Made by a program: the position numbers and the translations under genes | Assembly (NCBI GenBank): GCA_045532185.1 | Contig: JAZSFL010000011.1 | Location: 15,178-79,177, forward strand | Length of the DNA: 64,000 nucleotides | Reading direction: 5' to 3' | From: Ruminiclostridium sp. | GTDB lineage: Bacteria; Bacillota; Clostridia; Oscillospirales; Ruminococcaceae | Notes under the pieces: model-generated | Told to the model about the DNA's origin: nothing | Seen by the model: the letters and a program-made list of their open reading frames with translations, nothing else | The model's database searches: none | Shown here: positions 19,540 through 31,161 of the stretch, piece after piece | Position numbering within the stretch: position 1 is the first letter of the stretch | How the letters are laid out: each line of letters opens with the position of its first letter

Positions 19540-20292
19540 ATGGTAGATTATATGCCAAACGGATATATGAGACTTCTTGCTGAAGAAACAGCACGTACCT
19601 TTACCGTTGACGGACCTCTGAAATCAATAACCTTTGATTTTTTAGGCAGAGAATGGGTTATTTCAGAATCAGTGGTTGTCCAGTGGGTGGTAATGGTTGT
19701 TCTGGCAGTCTTCTTTTTTATAATGGGCAGAAACTTAAAGGTAAAGCCCACATCAAGAAGACAGATGATAGCAGAATATATTGTGGGCACCTTCACAGGT
19801 CAGGTTGACGACTCCATGGGTCCGAACTACAAAGCGTACCGCCCCTATATCGGCTCACTCTTCTGCTTTGTTTTCCTGTCCTGCATTATGGGTATCTTCG
19901 GTCTCAGAAACCCTTCATCAGACGTTTCGGTTACAGGCGCATGGGCAATAATCACCTTTGTGCTGGTATTCTATACAAAGATAAAGACAGGCGGCGTAAA
20001 GGGCTTCCTCAAATCCTATGTTGAGCCTGCACCCTTCATGCTTCCCTTCAATATCATCGGCGATTTTGCAAACCCCGTCGCACAGGCGCTCCGTCTGTTC
20101 GGCAACAACGTTTCGGGTATGGTAATCGGCGGACTGATTTATTTCGCTCTTGGCGGAATTGCAGGAGGACTTGCATCAATCGGTATTCCCGCAGTGCTTT
20201 CCCTCTATTTCGACTTATTCTCGGCGTTTATTCAGTCGTATATCTTTGTAACACTTACAATGGCTTATGTATCCATGGCGGATGCAAGCTGA
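19540..20292 (+). CDS. atpB: F0 subunit a
   Basis: PFNIIGDFANPVAQALRLFGN, FIQSYIFVTLTMAY. Confidence 0.95.
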   Translation: MVDYMPNGYMRLLAEETARTFTVDGPLKSITFDFLGREWVISESVVVQWVVMVVLAVFFFIMGRNLKVKPTSRRQMIAEYIVGTFTGQVDDSMGPNYKAYRPYIGSLFCFVFLSCIMGIFGLRNPSSDVSVTGAWAIITFVLVFYTKIKTGGVKGFLKSYVEPAPFMLPFNIIGDFANPVAQALRLFGNNVSGMVIGGLIYFALGGIAGGLASIGIPAVLSLYFDLFSAFIQSYIFVTLTMAYVSMADAS

Positions 20293-20356
20293 CAATTCAC
20301 GGTAATTAAGGCGGTTACGCTTTAAATATAGTAAATAATTTTTTAACGGAGGATAA

Positions 20357-20617
<261 letters not shown>

Positions 20618-20655
20618 TAAGGACCCGTATAAAGCAGAAAGGAATGGTCACATAA

Positions 20656-21180
20656 ATGTGTATGAAGCTGTTGGCTGAAGATAATATGCTTCAGCTTGTC
20701 AATATCAACTTTGACACGATCATTTTCACGCTTATCAATACGCTTATTATTTTCTTACTCTACAAGTTTCTGCTTCACAACAAGGTTATGGCAGTACTTG
20801 ACGAGCGTAAGGAAAAGGTAAATTCCGAGATGAATGCGGCGGAAGCTGCACAGGCTGAAGCAGAGGCGGTAAAGCAGGAATATGCACAGCGCCTTGAACA
20901 GTCCAAGGAAGAGGCTTCCCAGATTGTAGCCGCAGCTGTAAAGCGCGCAGGCGAACGTGAAGCCGAAATCATCGCACAGGCACAGCAGGAAGCAGCCGCA
21001 ATCAAGGTCAAGGCTGAAGAAAGCATCGAACTCGAAAAGAAGAAGGCAATCAACGAAATCAAGGACCAGATTGCTGACATCGTAATTATGGCGAGTGAAA
21101 AGGTGTGCGAAAAGGAAATTTCCGCCAAGGATAATGAAGCGCTTATTAATAAGTTTATCGCTGAAGTCGGTAACGAATAA
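20656..21180 (+). CDS. atpF: F0 subunit b
   Basis: N-terminal TM plus long charged coiled coil; operon position. Confidence 0.93.
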   Translation: MCMKLLAEDNMLQLVNINFDTIIFTLINTLIIFLLYKFLLHNKVMAVLDERKEKVNSEMNAAEAAQAEAEAVKQEYAQRLEQSKEEASQIVAAAVKRAGEREAEIIAQAQQEAAAIKVKAEESIELEKKKAINEIKDQIADIVIMASEKVCEKEISAKDNEALINKFIAEVGNE

Positions 21181-21203
21181 CCGACGGAAAGGAAAGGTCG
21201 GAA

Positions 21204-21752
21204 ATGACGGGAATTGTTGAAAAAAACTACGGTGACGCACTTTTCGAGCTGATAAATGAAGAAGCCCCCGCAATGTTAAAGACGGTACAGGATGAACTTT
21301 CTGCAGTCAATGACATTCTTACGGAGGTTCCCGATTTTATAAAGCTTTCAAAGACTCCCACCGTGTCTGCTGAAGAAAAGGCTTCCATTATAAAGGAAAC
21401 CTTTGAGGGCAGAGTTTCCGATTATACCTATCGTTTTCTTATGATTATCACCGGAAACGGAAGACTCCCCTTTTTCGGAAAGATATACCGCTATTTTAAC
21501 TCTCTGTGCAACGAAAAGCTTGGTGTTGCGGAAATCACCGCAGTTACCGCAGAACCGCTGACAGAGGAGCTTAAGGCGAAGATAAAGCTGAAAATGACTC
21601 AGGTTACAGGAAAGACAATAAGCCTTAAAGAAGAGGTTGACCCCTCTATTATCGGCGGTATTGTCTTAAAATACGGAAGCAGGAGTTTCGACGGAAGCGT
21701 AAAGGCGCGTCTCGATGCGCTCAAGGCTGAAATCGGAAGCGTTATCTGTTAA
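21204..21752 (+). CDS. atpH: F1 subunit delta
   Basis: YGDALFE, VDPSIIGGIVL..DGSVKARL. Confidence 0.93.
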   Translation: MTGIVEKNYGDALFELINEEAPAMLKTVQDELSAVNDILTEVPDFIKLSKTPTVSAEEKASIIKETFEGRVSDYTYRFLMIITGNGRLPFFGKIYRYFNSLCNEKLGVAEITAVTAEPLTEELKAKIKLKMTQVTGKTISLKEEVDPSIIGGIVLKYGSRSFDGSVKARLDALKAEIGSVIC

Positions 21753-21817
21753 AAACAAGTAGCTAAGACTTCAGAGCACCGATTTATCGGTCGGACAGAA
21801 GGGAATGGTTAAGAAAT

Positions 21818-23320
21818 ATGGAATTACGTCCTGATGAAATAACAGGCATATTAAAGTCTAAAATCAAGGCGTTTGAATCCAGAATCCAGCTTACCGATAC
21901 AGGCACGGTTATTACCGTAGGCGACGGTATCGTAAGAATCCACGGGCTTGAAAACTGTATGATGAACGAGCTTCTCGAATTCGAGAACGGCGTTCAGTGT
22001 ATGGCTCTCAACCTTGAACAGGATTTCGTAGGCGCAGTTATGCTGGGTTCCGACGCAGACATCAAAGAGGGCGCGGCTGTAAAGAGAACGGGTAAGATCA
22101 TCTCCGTTCCCGTAGGTGAAGCGCTTCTCGGCAGAGTTGTAAACTCTCTCGGTGAACCTATCGACGGCAAGGGCCCGATAATTTCATCCGAAACAAGACC
22201 TATTGAAAGAATTGCCCCCGGTATCATCACAAGAAAGTCCGTTGATACACCTTTACAGACAGGTATCAAGGCTATCGACTCCATGATCCCGATCGGCAGA
22301 GGTCAGCGTGAGCTTATTATCGGTGACAGACAGACAGGTAAGACTGCTATCGCCGTTGATACAATCATCAACCAGCGTGAAACAGGAGTTCTCTGTATCT
22401 ACGTTGCTATCGGTCAGAAATCCTCTACCGTTGCTACCGTAGTTGAGCAGTTAAAGAACGCAGGCGCAATGGATTACACTATCGTTGTATCCGCTACCGC
22501 TTCCGAGCTTGCTCCTCTTCAGTACATTGCCCCCTATTCAGGCTGTGCAATGGGCGAATACTTTATGGAACAGGGTAAGGATGTACTTATCGTTTATGAT
22601 GACTTATCCAAGCACGCTGTTGCATACCGTGCACTCTCCCTGCTTTTAAAGAGACCGCCGGGACGTGAGGCTTACCCCGGAGATGTATTCTATCTCCATT
22701 CAAGACTCCTCGAACGTGCGGCTAACCTCAACGAAAACTATGGCGGCGGCTCTCTTACAGCTCTCCCCATTATCGAAACACAGGCAGGCGACGTTTCTGC
22801 GTATATCCCCACCAACGTAATCTCCATTACCGACGGTCAGATATTCCTTGAAACCGAGCTTTTCAACTCCGGTGTAAGACCCGCTGTAAACCCCGGTATC
22901 TCCGTATCCCGAGTAGGTGGCTCCGCACAGATCAAGGCGATGAAGAAGGTTGCAGGTTCTCTGAAACTTGAATATTCACAGTACAGAGAATTACAGGCAT
23001 TTTCTCAGTTCGGTTCAGACCTTGATACAGATACAAAGAACCGTCTTGCAAAGGGTGAACGAATCGTGGCTGTACTGAAACAGGGTCAGTCCGCTCCCTT
23101 ATCTGTTGAAAACCAGGTAATTATCATCTATGCTGTTATCAACAACTACCTCAAGGATATTGCGGTAGAGCGCGTAGGTGAGTTTGAAACAGAGCTTTTC
23201 GCTCACATTGCTTCAAACCATCCTGACATCACAGACAGCATCAGAAAAGAAAAGGTGCTTACTCCCGAAAATGAGGAGGCACTCAAGAAGGTGCTTGCTG
23301 ACTTTGCAGCAAGCTTCTGA
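21818..23320 (+). CDS. atpA: F1 subunit alpha
   Basis: [30 protein letters not shown]. Confidence 0.98.
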   Translation: MELRPDEITGILKSKIKAFESRIQLTDTGTVITVGDGIVRIHGLENCMMNELLEFENGVQCMALNLEQDFVGAVMLGSDADIKEGAAVKRTGKIISVPVGEALLGRVVNSLGEPIDGKGPIISSETRPIERIAPGIITRKSVDTPLQTGIKAIDSMIPIGRGQRELIIGDRQTGKTAIAVDTIINQRETGVLCIYVAIGQKSSTVATVVEQLKNAGAMDYTIVVSATASELAPLQYIAPYSGCAMGEYFMEQGKDVLIVYDDLSKHAVAYRALSLLLKRPPGREAYPGDVFYLHSRLLERAANLNENYGGGSLTALPIIETQAGDVSAYIPTNVISITDGQIFLETELFNSGVRPAVNPGISVSRVGGSAQIKAMKKVAGSLKLEYSQYRELQAFSQFGSDLDTDTKNRLAKGERIVAVLKQGQSAPLSVENQVIIIYAVINNYLKDIAVERVGEFETELFAHIASNHPDITDSIRKEKVLTPENEEALKKVLADFAASF

Positions 23321-23414
23321 TCTGAGAAAGATTGGAAAACTGACCTGTAAAGAATACAGGATCTGAACTCAGCGAAGAAGTCTTTAATCTCCTATAGAAA
23401 GGAACTGTAAACTT

Positions 23415-23534
23415 ATGAATAAATCAGCATTTGTATTAAGTATTGTTGCAATCAGCCTTTCCGCTATCACTCTTGCTCTTGCGGTAGTGGTTTATTTAGG
23501 AAAAAAGGTTGTATATATCAAGAGCGATTTTTAA
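23415..23534 (+). CDS. 39-aa single-TM small protein inside the atp operon (below the ORF-track cutoff)
   Basis: MNKSAFVLSIVAISLSAITLALAVVVYLGKKVVYIKSDF*, AGAAAGGAA RBS upstream, stop 21 bp before atpG. Confidence 0.65.
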   Translation: MNKSAFVLSIVAISLSAITLALAVVVYLGKKVVYIKSDF

Positions 23535-23555
23535 AAGAACAGGGTGTGATTTGAC

Positions 23556-24413
23556 TTGGCAACAGGAAATATGAAGGACATCAAGCGCCGCATACGCAGC
23601 GTAGGTTCCACAAAACAGATAACCAAAGCTATGGAGCTTGTTTCGTCCTCAAAGCTGCGCCGTGCGAAGCAGAGAGCCGAATCGGCAAGACCTTATTTTG
23701 AGGCGCAGTATACCCTGCTTTCGGAAATTGCGTCAAGCAAAAAGGATTTTTCAACGGTTTACACCGAGGAACGTCCCGTAAAACGCCGCCTGTTCATAGT
23801 AATCGCAGGCGACAGAGGACTTGCGGCAGGTTATAACTCCAATATCCTGAAGGCAGCAGTTGCTGCTCACGCAGGCGACGCGGAAAATCCGAAGATTATT
23901 GCAATCGGAAAGAAAGCGGTTGAATATTTTGAAAAGCGTGATTATGAGCTGGTAGGAAGCTACCCTTACCTTGCGGAGAATGTTAAAACGGCACATTGTG
24001 CGGATATTTCCCGCTTAGCCACCGAGATGTTCAGCGCAGGCGAAGTTGACGAAGTTGTGCTTTTCTACACAGCATTTGTTTCTGCTCTTGTCCAGAACCC
24101 TGAGCAGATAAAGCTTCTGCCCGTTTCGGGTATCGGCGCAGGCTCAGGAGACGATAACGGACTTATAAACTATGACCCGTCTCCAGAGGTTGTTTTCAAC
24201 CGTATTGTTCCTAAATTCATAATGAGCCTCATCAAGTGCGGCGTTGTTGAATCCTATGCCTCCGAGCAGGGCGCAAGACGTACCGCAATGGAAAGCGCAA
24301 CAGACAATGCAGACCAGATGATTGCTGACCTGTCTCTCATCTACAACAGAGCAAGACAGGAAAAGATTACTAACGAAATTAACGAAATCGTTTCGGGCGC
24401 AAACGCTTTATAA
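23556..24413 (+). CDS. atpG: F1 subunit gamma (TTG start)
   Basis: IKRRIRSV..TKQITKAMELV, GDRGLA, ARRTAMESATDNA, RQEKITNEINEIVSGA. Confidence 0.97.
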   Translation: MATGNMKDIKRRIRSVGSTKQITKAMELVSSSKLRRAKQRAESARPYFEAQYTLLSEIASSKKDFSTVYTEERPVKRRLFIVIAGDRGLAAGYNSNILKAAVAAHAGDAENPKIIAIGKKAVEYFEKRDYELVGSYPYLAENVKTAHCADISRLATEMFSAGEVDEVVLFYTAFVSALVQNPEQIKLLPVSGIGAGSGDDNGLINYDPSPEVVFNRIVPKFIMSLIKCGVVESYASEQGARRTAMESATDNADQMIADLSLIYNRARQEKITNEINEIVSGANAL

Positions 24414-24433
24414 TAAGCATTGCTCTGAACTGA

Positions 24434-25849
<1,416 letters not shown>

Positions 25850-25866
25850 TGAAAGGAGTATGACAA

Positions 25867-26280
25867 ATGACTCCGTTCAGACTTGAAATTTTGACTCCCG
25901 ACGGCGTATTTTTCAGCGGTATGACTGATAACATCGTAGTAAGAACTACCGTAGGTGATAAGGGTATTCTCGCCCGTCACGAACCTTATGTTGCGGCTCT
26001 TACTATCGGTAAATTCAAGGTGCGCATTGACGGGGAATTCCGCTTCGGCGCAATTTCTTCAGGTATAATCAAGGTGGACAAGGAAAAGACCGTTATCCTC
26101 GCAGACAGCTGCGAGTGGGCGGAGGAGATCGACCTTGACCGCGCTGTAAAGGCAAAGGAACTTGCCGAGCAGAAGCTTGAAGAATTTGAAAAGGCGGACA
26201 ACGACAGAGGCGTCGCAGTTGCTGAATACAAACTGAAGCGTGCTATCAACAGAATTGAAGCGTATAAGCTTAAGAAATAG
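25867..26280 (+). CDS. atpC: F1 subunit epsilon
   Basis: LEILTPDG, GILARHEP, EEIDLDRA, LKRAINRI. Confidence 0.95.
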   Translation: MTPFRLEILTPDGVFFSGMTDNIVVRTTVGDKGILARHEPYVAALTIGKFKVRIDGEFRFGAISSGIIKVDKEKTVILADSCEWAEEIDLDRAVKAKELAEQKLEEFEKADNDRGVAVAEYKLKRAINRIEAYKLKK

Positions 26281-26312
26281 AAACAAGGCGGTCTCTGACC
26301 GCCTTGTTTTTT
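26281..26312 (+). terminator. atp operon terminator
   Basis: AAACAAGGCGGTC-TCT-GACCGCCTTGTTT plus T-run. Confidence 0.8.
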
Positions 26313-26383
26313 AGAGAAGAGCGAAGAATGAAAAGTGAATGTTGTGGTATCGCCTTGCGGCGATAAATTAAAAGGAGAGAGAA

Positions 26384-26641
26384 ATGGTACTAATTATACC
26401 GATAATGATTATTTGGACGTGTATTTCTTTTATGCTTGCAATTATTGCGATAGCAGGAGGTATTCTTGTGGTCGTTACTGAAAAAATCAAAAAGAATCCT
26501 GCGCTGACAGAAGAAGCAAAGAGATTAAAGATAAAGAAAGCAAAAACAACAATTATTATCATTGCAGCCATAATTGTCTCAGTGGCGTTAATGATTACAG
26601 GGCTTGTGGCTGTGGGAATGCTCGATCTTTTAAAAATGTAA
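26384..26641 (+). CDS. Small two-TM membrane protein
   Basis: AAAGGAGAG RBS; two hydrophobic helices separated by a basic loop. Confidence 0.65.
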   Translation: MVLIIPIMIIWTCISFMLAIIAIAGGILVVVTEKIKKNPALTEEAKRLKIKKAKTTIIIIAAIIVSVALMITGLVAVGMLDLLKM

Positions 26642-26779
26642 TAACGGCACATAAAAACGGCGGTATCAACGATACCGCCGTTAATTTTATGCGCTATTGT
26701 GAAAACCGCCGTTAAGCCGACTTTAGTTTAAATCAAAGTTTTCAAAAGGCGGAATTCGGATGCAACGTCGCACGTTGCC

Positions 26780-29281
26780 TTAGCCGAGTACGATTTCAAC
26801 AGTGTGTTCGCCGTTAGCAAATACGGGAACTACATTGCCGGAAACTTCCTTGCCATCAACAATCATGCTCTTTACGCCGCTGCAAACGTGGTCAGGGTTA
26901 GAAACCTTGATGTTGTAAGTAGCACCGCGGTAGAGTCTGCTGATGGAGAAGCCATCCCATTCGTGAGGAATGGAGGGGTTGACTTCGAGACCGTTGTAGC
27001 CGGGCTTGATACCTAAGATATACTGGGAGATTGCTACGAAGTTCCATGCAGCTGTACCTGTGAGCCAGCTGTTCTTAGCTTCGCCGTGACGCTTAGCGTC
27101 CTTACCGGCAATCATCTGAGCGTATACATAAGGCTCAGTTCTGTGGAGGTCGGACTTTTCCTCACGGAAAGCGGGAGCAATCTTGCTGTAATATTCAAAT
27201 GCCTTATCGCCGCGGCCAACTGCAGCTTCAGCACAGATGATCCAGGCGTTGTTGTGGCAGAAGATACCTGCATTTTCCTTATATCCGCCGGGATATGTGG
27301 AAATTTCGCCGTATTCGATGTAGTACTTTGTGAATGCGGGGTTATTGAGTACGAGACCGTGGTCGGAGTTGAGGTACTTGTCTACGCTGTCAAGAGTCTT
27401 GATGTCGTAGCCCTTATCCTTGCCGAGACCTGCGAGAACACACCAGCCCTGGGGTTCAATGAAGATTTTACCTTCTTCGCATTCGTTGGAGCCAACCTTG
27501 TTGCCGAAGTTGTCGTAAGCTCTGAGGAACCATTCGCCGTCGAAACCGTGCTGGAGTGTGAGTTCCTTCATCTTTTCGATTTCAGCGTCAGCTCTCTTAG
27601 CTTCTTCTTCGTCGCCCTTGAGACGGCACATAGCAGCGTATTCGGGAGCGATGTAGCAGAACATACCTGCAATCATTACGGATTCAGCTGTCTGGCTGTA
27701 GAAAGGAGGTTCTGTGAACATCTCCTTGTTGTTGTATGTCTGGAAGGACTCGCCGGGCTTATCGGAGAAGCAGGAGAGGTTGAGACAGTCGTTCCAGTCA
27801 GCACGTCCGCTGAGAGGTAAGCCGTGAGGACCAACCTTTCTTACAACGTGGTTGAACGCTCTCTTCATATGGTCGAGCATTGTATCAGCAAGTTCGTCCT
27901 TGTTCTCGTAAGGCACCATTTCGTCGAGAATGGATACGTCGCCTGTTTCCTTGATATAAGCAGCTGTTGCGAGAATCATCCACAGCGGGTCATCGTTGAA
28001 GTTGGAACCGAGCTCGTGGTTACCCTTCTTTGTAAGGGGCTGGTACTGGTGGTAAGCACCGCCGTCTTCAAGCATAGTAGCTGCAAGGTCGATAAGTCTT
28101 TCTCTTGCACGTGCGGGAATCTGGTGAACGAAACCGAGGAGGTCCTGGTTGGAGTCACGGAAGCCCATACCTCTGCCGATACCGCTTTCAAAGTAGGATG
28201 CGGAACGGGACATGTTGAATGTAACCATGCACTGATACTGGTTCCAGATATTAACCATACGGTTAACCTTTTCATCGGGACAGTCAACGTGGTACTGGCC
28301 GAGGAGGCTGTTCCAGTGAGCCTTGAGCTCTGCAAAGAGCTTATCTGCCTTTTCAGCAGTATCGCACATTGCAATCATTTCATGAGCCTTCTTCTTGTTG
28401 ATGATGTTCTTCTTGGAACCTGCTGTTGTGATGAGCTTGTCATCATCTGTGAGGTCGGGAGCAAACTTTTCATCTACAGGGTTTTCAACATAACCGAGAA
28501 CGAATACGAAATCCTTGGATTCGCCTGCTTCGAGGTCGATTTCAACATAGTGGGAAGCTACGGGAGACCAGCCGTCAGCTACGGAGTTGCTGGGAGAGCC
28601 CTGCATAACTGTCTGGGGTTCGCCGAAACCGTTGTATAAGCCGAGGAAGCTTTCACGGTCTGTATCAAAGCCCTTGATCTTTGTGTTTACGGAGTAGAAC
28701 GCAAAGTGGTCGCGTCTTTCCTTGTATTCTGTCTTGTGGTAGATTGTGGAGCCTTCGATTTCAACTTCACCAGTGTTGAAGTTTCTCTGGAAGTTTGTTG
28801 TATCATCGTTAGCGTCCCAGAGGCACCATTCGAGGAAGCTGAAGAGCTTGATCTTCTTGAAGCCTGCTGTTTTATTTGTGATAGTAACCTTCTGTACTTC
28901 ACCGTTGAAATCCTGAGGAACGAAGAAAGTAACCTTAGCTTCGATACCCTTGGATTCACCCTTGATAATGGTGTAGCCCATACCGTGACGGCATTCATAG
29001 CTGTCAAGTTCGGTCTTTACGGGAGACCAGCCGGGATTCCATACGTGGCCGCCGTCGTTGATGTAGAAATAACGTCCGCCCATATCAACGGGAACGTTAT
29101 TATAGCGGTAACGTGTGATACGGCGGAGTCTTGCGTCCTTATAGAAGCTGTAACCGCCTGCTGTGTTGGAAATAAGGGAGAAAAATCCCTGTGTTCCGAG
29201 GTAGTTTATCCACGGATAAGGTGTACGGGGTGAAGTGATGACGTATTCTTTGTTGGCGTCATCAAAGTAACCAAATTTCAT
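26780..29281 (-). CDS. cbpA: Cellobiose phosphorylase (GH94)
   Basis: [78 protein letters not shown]; strongly biased codon usage. Confidence 0.9.
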   Translation of the reverse strand: MKFGYFDDANKEYVITSPRTPYPWINYLGTQGFFSLISNTAGGYSFYKDARLRRITRYRYNNVPVDMGGRYFYINDGGHVWNPGWSPVKTELDSYECRHGMGYTIIKGESKGIEAKVTFFVPQDFNGEVQKVTITNKTAGFKKIKLFSFLEWCLWDANDDTTNFQRNFNTGEVEIEGSTIYHKTEYKERRDHFAFYSVNTKIKGFDTDRESFLGLYNGFGEPQTVMQGSPSNSVADGWSPVASHYVEIDLEAGESKDFVFVLGYVENPVDEKFAPDLTDDDKLITTAGSKKNIINKKKAHEMIAMCDTAEKADKLFAELKAHWNSLLGQYHVDCPDEKVNRMVNIWNQYQCMVTFNMSRSASYFESGIGRGMGFRDSNQDLLGFVHQIPARARERLIDLAATMLEDGGAYHQYQPLTKKGNHELGSNFNDDPLWMILATAAYIKETGDVSILDEMVPYENKDELADTMLDHMKRAFNHVVRKVGPHGLPLSGRADWNDCLNLSCFSDKPGESFQTYNNKEMFTEPPFYSQTAESVMIAGMFCYIAPEYAAMCRLKGDEEEAKRADAEIEKMKELTLQHGFDGEWFLRAYDNFGNKVGSNECEEGKIFIEPQGWCVLAGLGKDKGYDIKTLDSVDKYLNSDHGLVLNNPAFTKYYIEYGEISTYPGGYKENAGIFCHNNAWIICAEAAVGRGDKAFEYYSKIAPAFREEKSDLHRTEPYVYAQMIAGKDAKRHGEAKNSWLTGTAAWNFVAISQYILGIKPGYNGLEVNPSIPHEWDGFSISRLYRGATYNIKVSNPDHVCSGVKSMIVDGKEVSGNVVPVFANGEHTVEIVLG

Positions 29282-29448
29282 AAATTTATACCTGTCCTTC
29301 CTGATTGGGTGGGTTTAGCGCATAATACTGCACTAACATATCCATTATATAACATTTTAAGAAAAATATCAATAGCTGAAAACGATAACAAAAAATTTTA
29401 CAAATATTACAAAAGAAAATATACTTTTTTGTACAGTTTGGCACAAGC

Positions 29449-29551
29449 GTAGTGCGCCGCACGGTTTCTGAGGCGAAGCCTCAGAAACAAAACCGCAGGC
29501 GGCTTCGCCGCCTGCGGTTTATTACGTTTCACCCAATACGTGCGGCGCACC
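29449..29551. repeat. GC-rich multi-hairpin palindromic element (REP-like), copy 3
   Basis: Closing stem GTGCGCCGCACG/CGTGCGGCGCAC (same 12-mer as copy 2) encloses two perfect hairpins; begins at GTAG. Confidence 0.7.
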
Positions 29552-29569
29552 GGTAGCGGAAAGCACTGG

Positions 29570-30076
29570 TTAAACACCGTTCTTCTTCATAATCCTGTTT
29601 ATAGCTGTATAAAGCAGCAAACCGCCGATTATACCCAGCAGACCCTGAATACCGTTATAAGGGACATTGGCAAGAGTAGCTTCTGCTCCATAACCCATTA
29701 TAAAAGCTTCAAAAACATAATAACCGCCAATCATTATAATTTCAGCAATAACAGCGCCGACAATTCTTGAAAACTTTCCGGGTATGAGCTTTACAATAAG
29801 CGCTGCCGCCAAAGCCATAAGACCCTTTATAACAAAAGTTCCTGGTACGTAAGCCGCATATCCCGAAAACAGGTCGGCAAGTCCTGAGCCGACTGCTCCT
29901 GCCGCAAATCCGCCCACGGGTCCCAGAACCCACGCACCCACAAGCAGAATACAGTCTCCGAAATTTATGTAACCGCCAAGAGGGGACGGTATGCGGATAA
30001 CCATAGTGGCAACGCAGGTAAGTGCCGCAAATAAAGCTGTAATGCAGATTCTGAAAGTTGTTGATTTATTATTCAT
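29570..30076 (-). CDS. ECF transporter S component (possibly vitamin B6/HMP type)
   Basis: ALFAALTCVATMVIRIP..GGYINFGD, GSGLADLFSGYAAYVPGTFVIKG; GGAGG RBS before the ATG at 30076. Confidence 0.85.
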   Translation of the reverse strand: MNNKSTTFRICITALFAALTCVATMVIRIPSPLGGYINFGDCILLVGAWVLGPVGGFAAGAVGSGLADLFSGYAAYVPGTFVIKGLMALAAALIVKLIPGKFSRIVGAVIAEIIMIGGYYVFEAFIMGYGAEATLANVPYNGIQGLLGIIGGLLLYTAINRIMKKNGV

Positions 30077-30219
30077 AGTTATAACCTCCGTGCAATGTTT
30101 CTTAAAACAGTATAGCACGATTTGGTAATATCTCAATAACCAATTCAGTAGTTTTTAATCAGACCAGTTTAGAATCCGGTAAAAACAGAAATGCGGGCGC
30201 TGAATGCGCCCGCGACGGA

Positions 30220-31161
30220 TTATGATGTCATAAAAACAAAATAGCTTGTAACCCCCTCAGGGTAATTGTTTTTATCGTAAGGTGTTCCGACAATTTTCTG
30301 TGTATGGCTGTTATCTGCGCTGACTATTCTGCCTCCCAGCATTTCCGACAGTCTTACATAGGTGCTGAGTCCGTAGGGCGTGTCAACATTATCGTTCCGG
30401 AATCCTTCGATAGCTTCCGTGTCGCCCGACAATACCGCCCCAAGGGTTTCCCTGTCATTTTCCTCCGCTTCTTTTGGTGAAAGGTAATGTGAGAAATCAA
30501 TGGAAAATATGAAGAGGCAGTTTTTTATTTCTGACATTTCACAAAGGGTTTCTGAAAGCCTCTCAGGAAAATCACTTTTCTCGTCTGGAGAAACCAGCAG
30601 GCAGGAAACTGCCGCTTCGGGAAGGTAGTATTTTATAAAGGGAATATGCGAAGAAACAGCATGGTCGTATTCCATAAGGTCGGAATTTTTTTCTGCCCCA
30701 AGCTGTGAAACGAACATCTGCGACAGCTCGTTGTCATTTTCAAGAGGTCCGAAGGCAGTGCCCCAGCCGTCAGTGCTTGTGCAGGTCGTGCCCTTTTCCA
30801 TAAAGTGAAGCGGTGCGACAATCACCACTGTGTCCACATCGTCGCGGCTTTCAGCCGCCGCTTCGTAAAGTCCGGCTATCATATGCCCTGCCGTAAGGTG
30901 GTGGGGTGCAACACCGCAGAGTATCCTGTTTTCTGTCTTGTATTCCCCCGCACTGCTTGTATACACATGGAACATATCCTCGTCATAGTAAATACATTCC
31001 ATAAGTTCTGAATAATCTGTAAAATCCTGCTTTTCTTCGGCTGAAGCTTCAGTCAGGACTGTAACAGGGACGGTCTGCGGCGGCTGCGGAGCGGATAAAT
31101 CCGCCCTGCAGCCGCCCATAATCATGGCAGAAGCAAGAAGTAATATTTTAAACCGTTTCAT
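30220..31161 (-). CDS. MEMO1/AmmeMemoRadiSam protein B-family lipoprotein
   Basis: Lipobox MGGC; GVAPHH, APLHF, DHAV, SIDFSHYL motifs. Confidence 0.75.
   Translation of the reverse strand: MKRFKILLLASAMIMGGCRADLSAPQPPQTVPVTVLTEASAEEKQDFTDYSELMECIYYDEDMFHVYTSSAGEYKTENRILCGVAPHHLTAGHMIAGLYEAAAESRDDVDTVVIVAPLHFMEKGTTCTSTDGWGTAFGPLENDNELSQMFVSQLGAEKNSDLMEYDHAVSSHIPFIKYYLPEAAVSCLLVSPDEKSDFPERLSETLCEMSEIKNCLFIFSIDFSHYLSPKEAEENDRETLGAVLSGDTEAIEGFRNDNVDTPYGLSTYVRLSEMLGGRIVSADNSHTQKIVGTPYDKNNYPEGVTSYFVFMTS

Noticed and set aside
27086-29233. Long plus-strand ORFs opposite cellobiose phosphorylase
   Set aside because: Antisense shadows from strong codon bias; no RBS or recognisable motifs.
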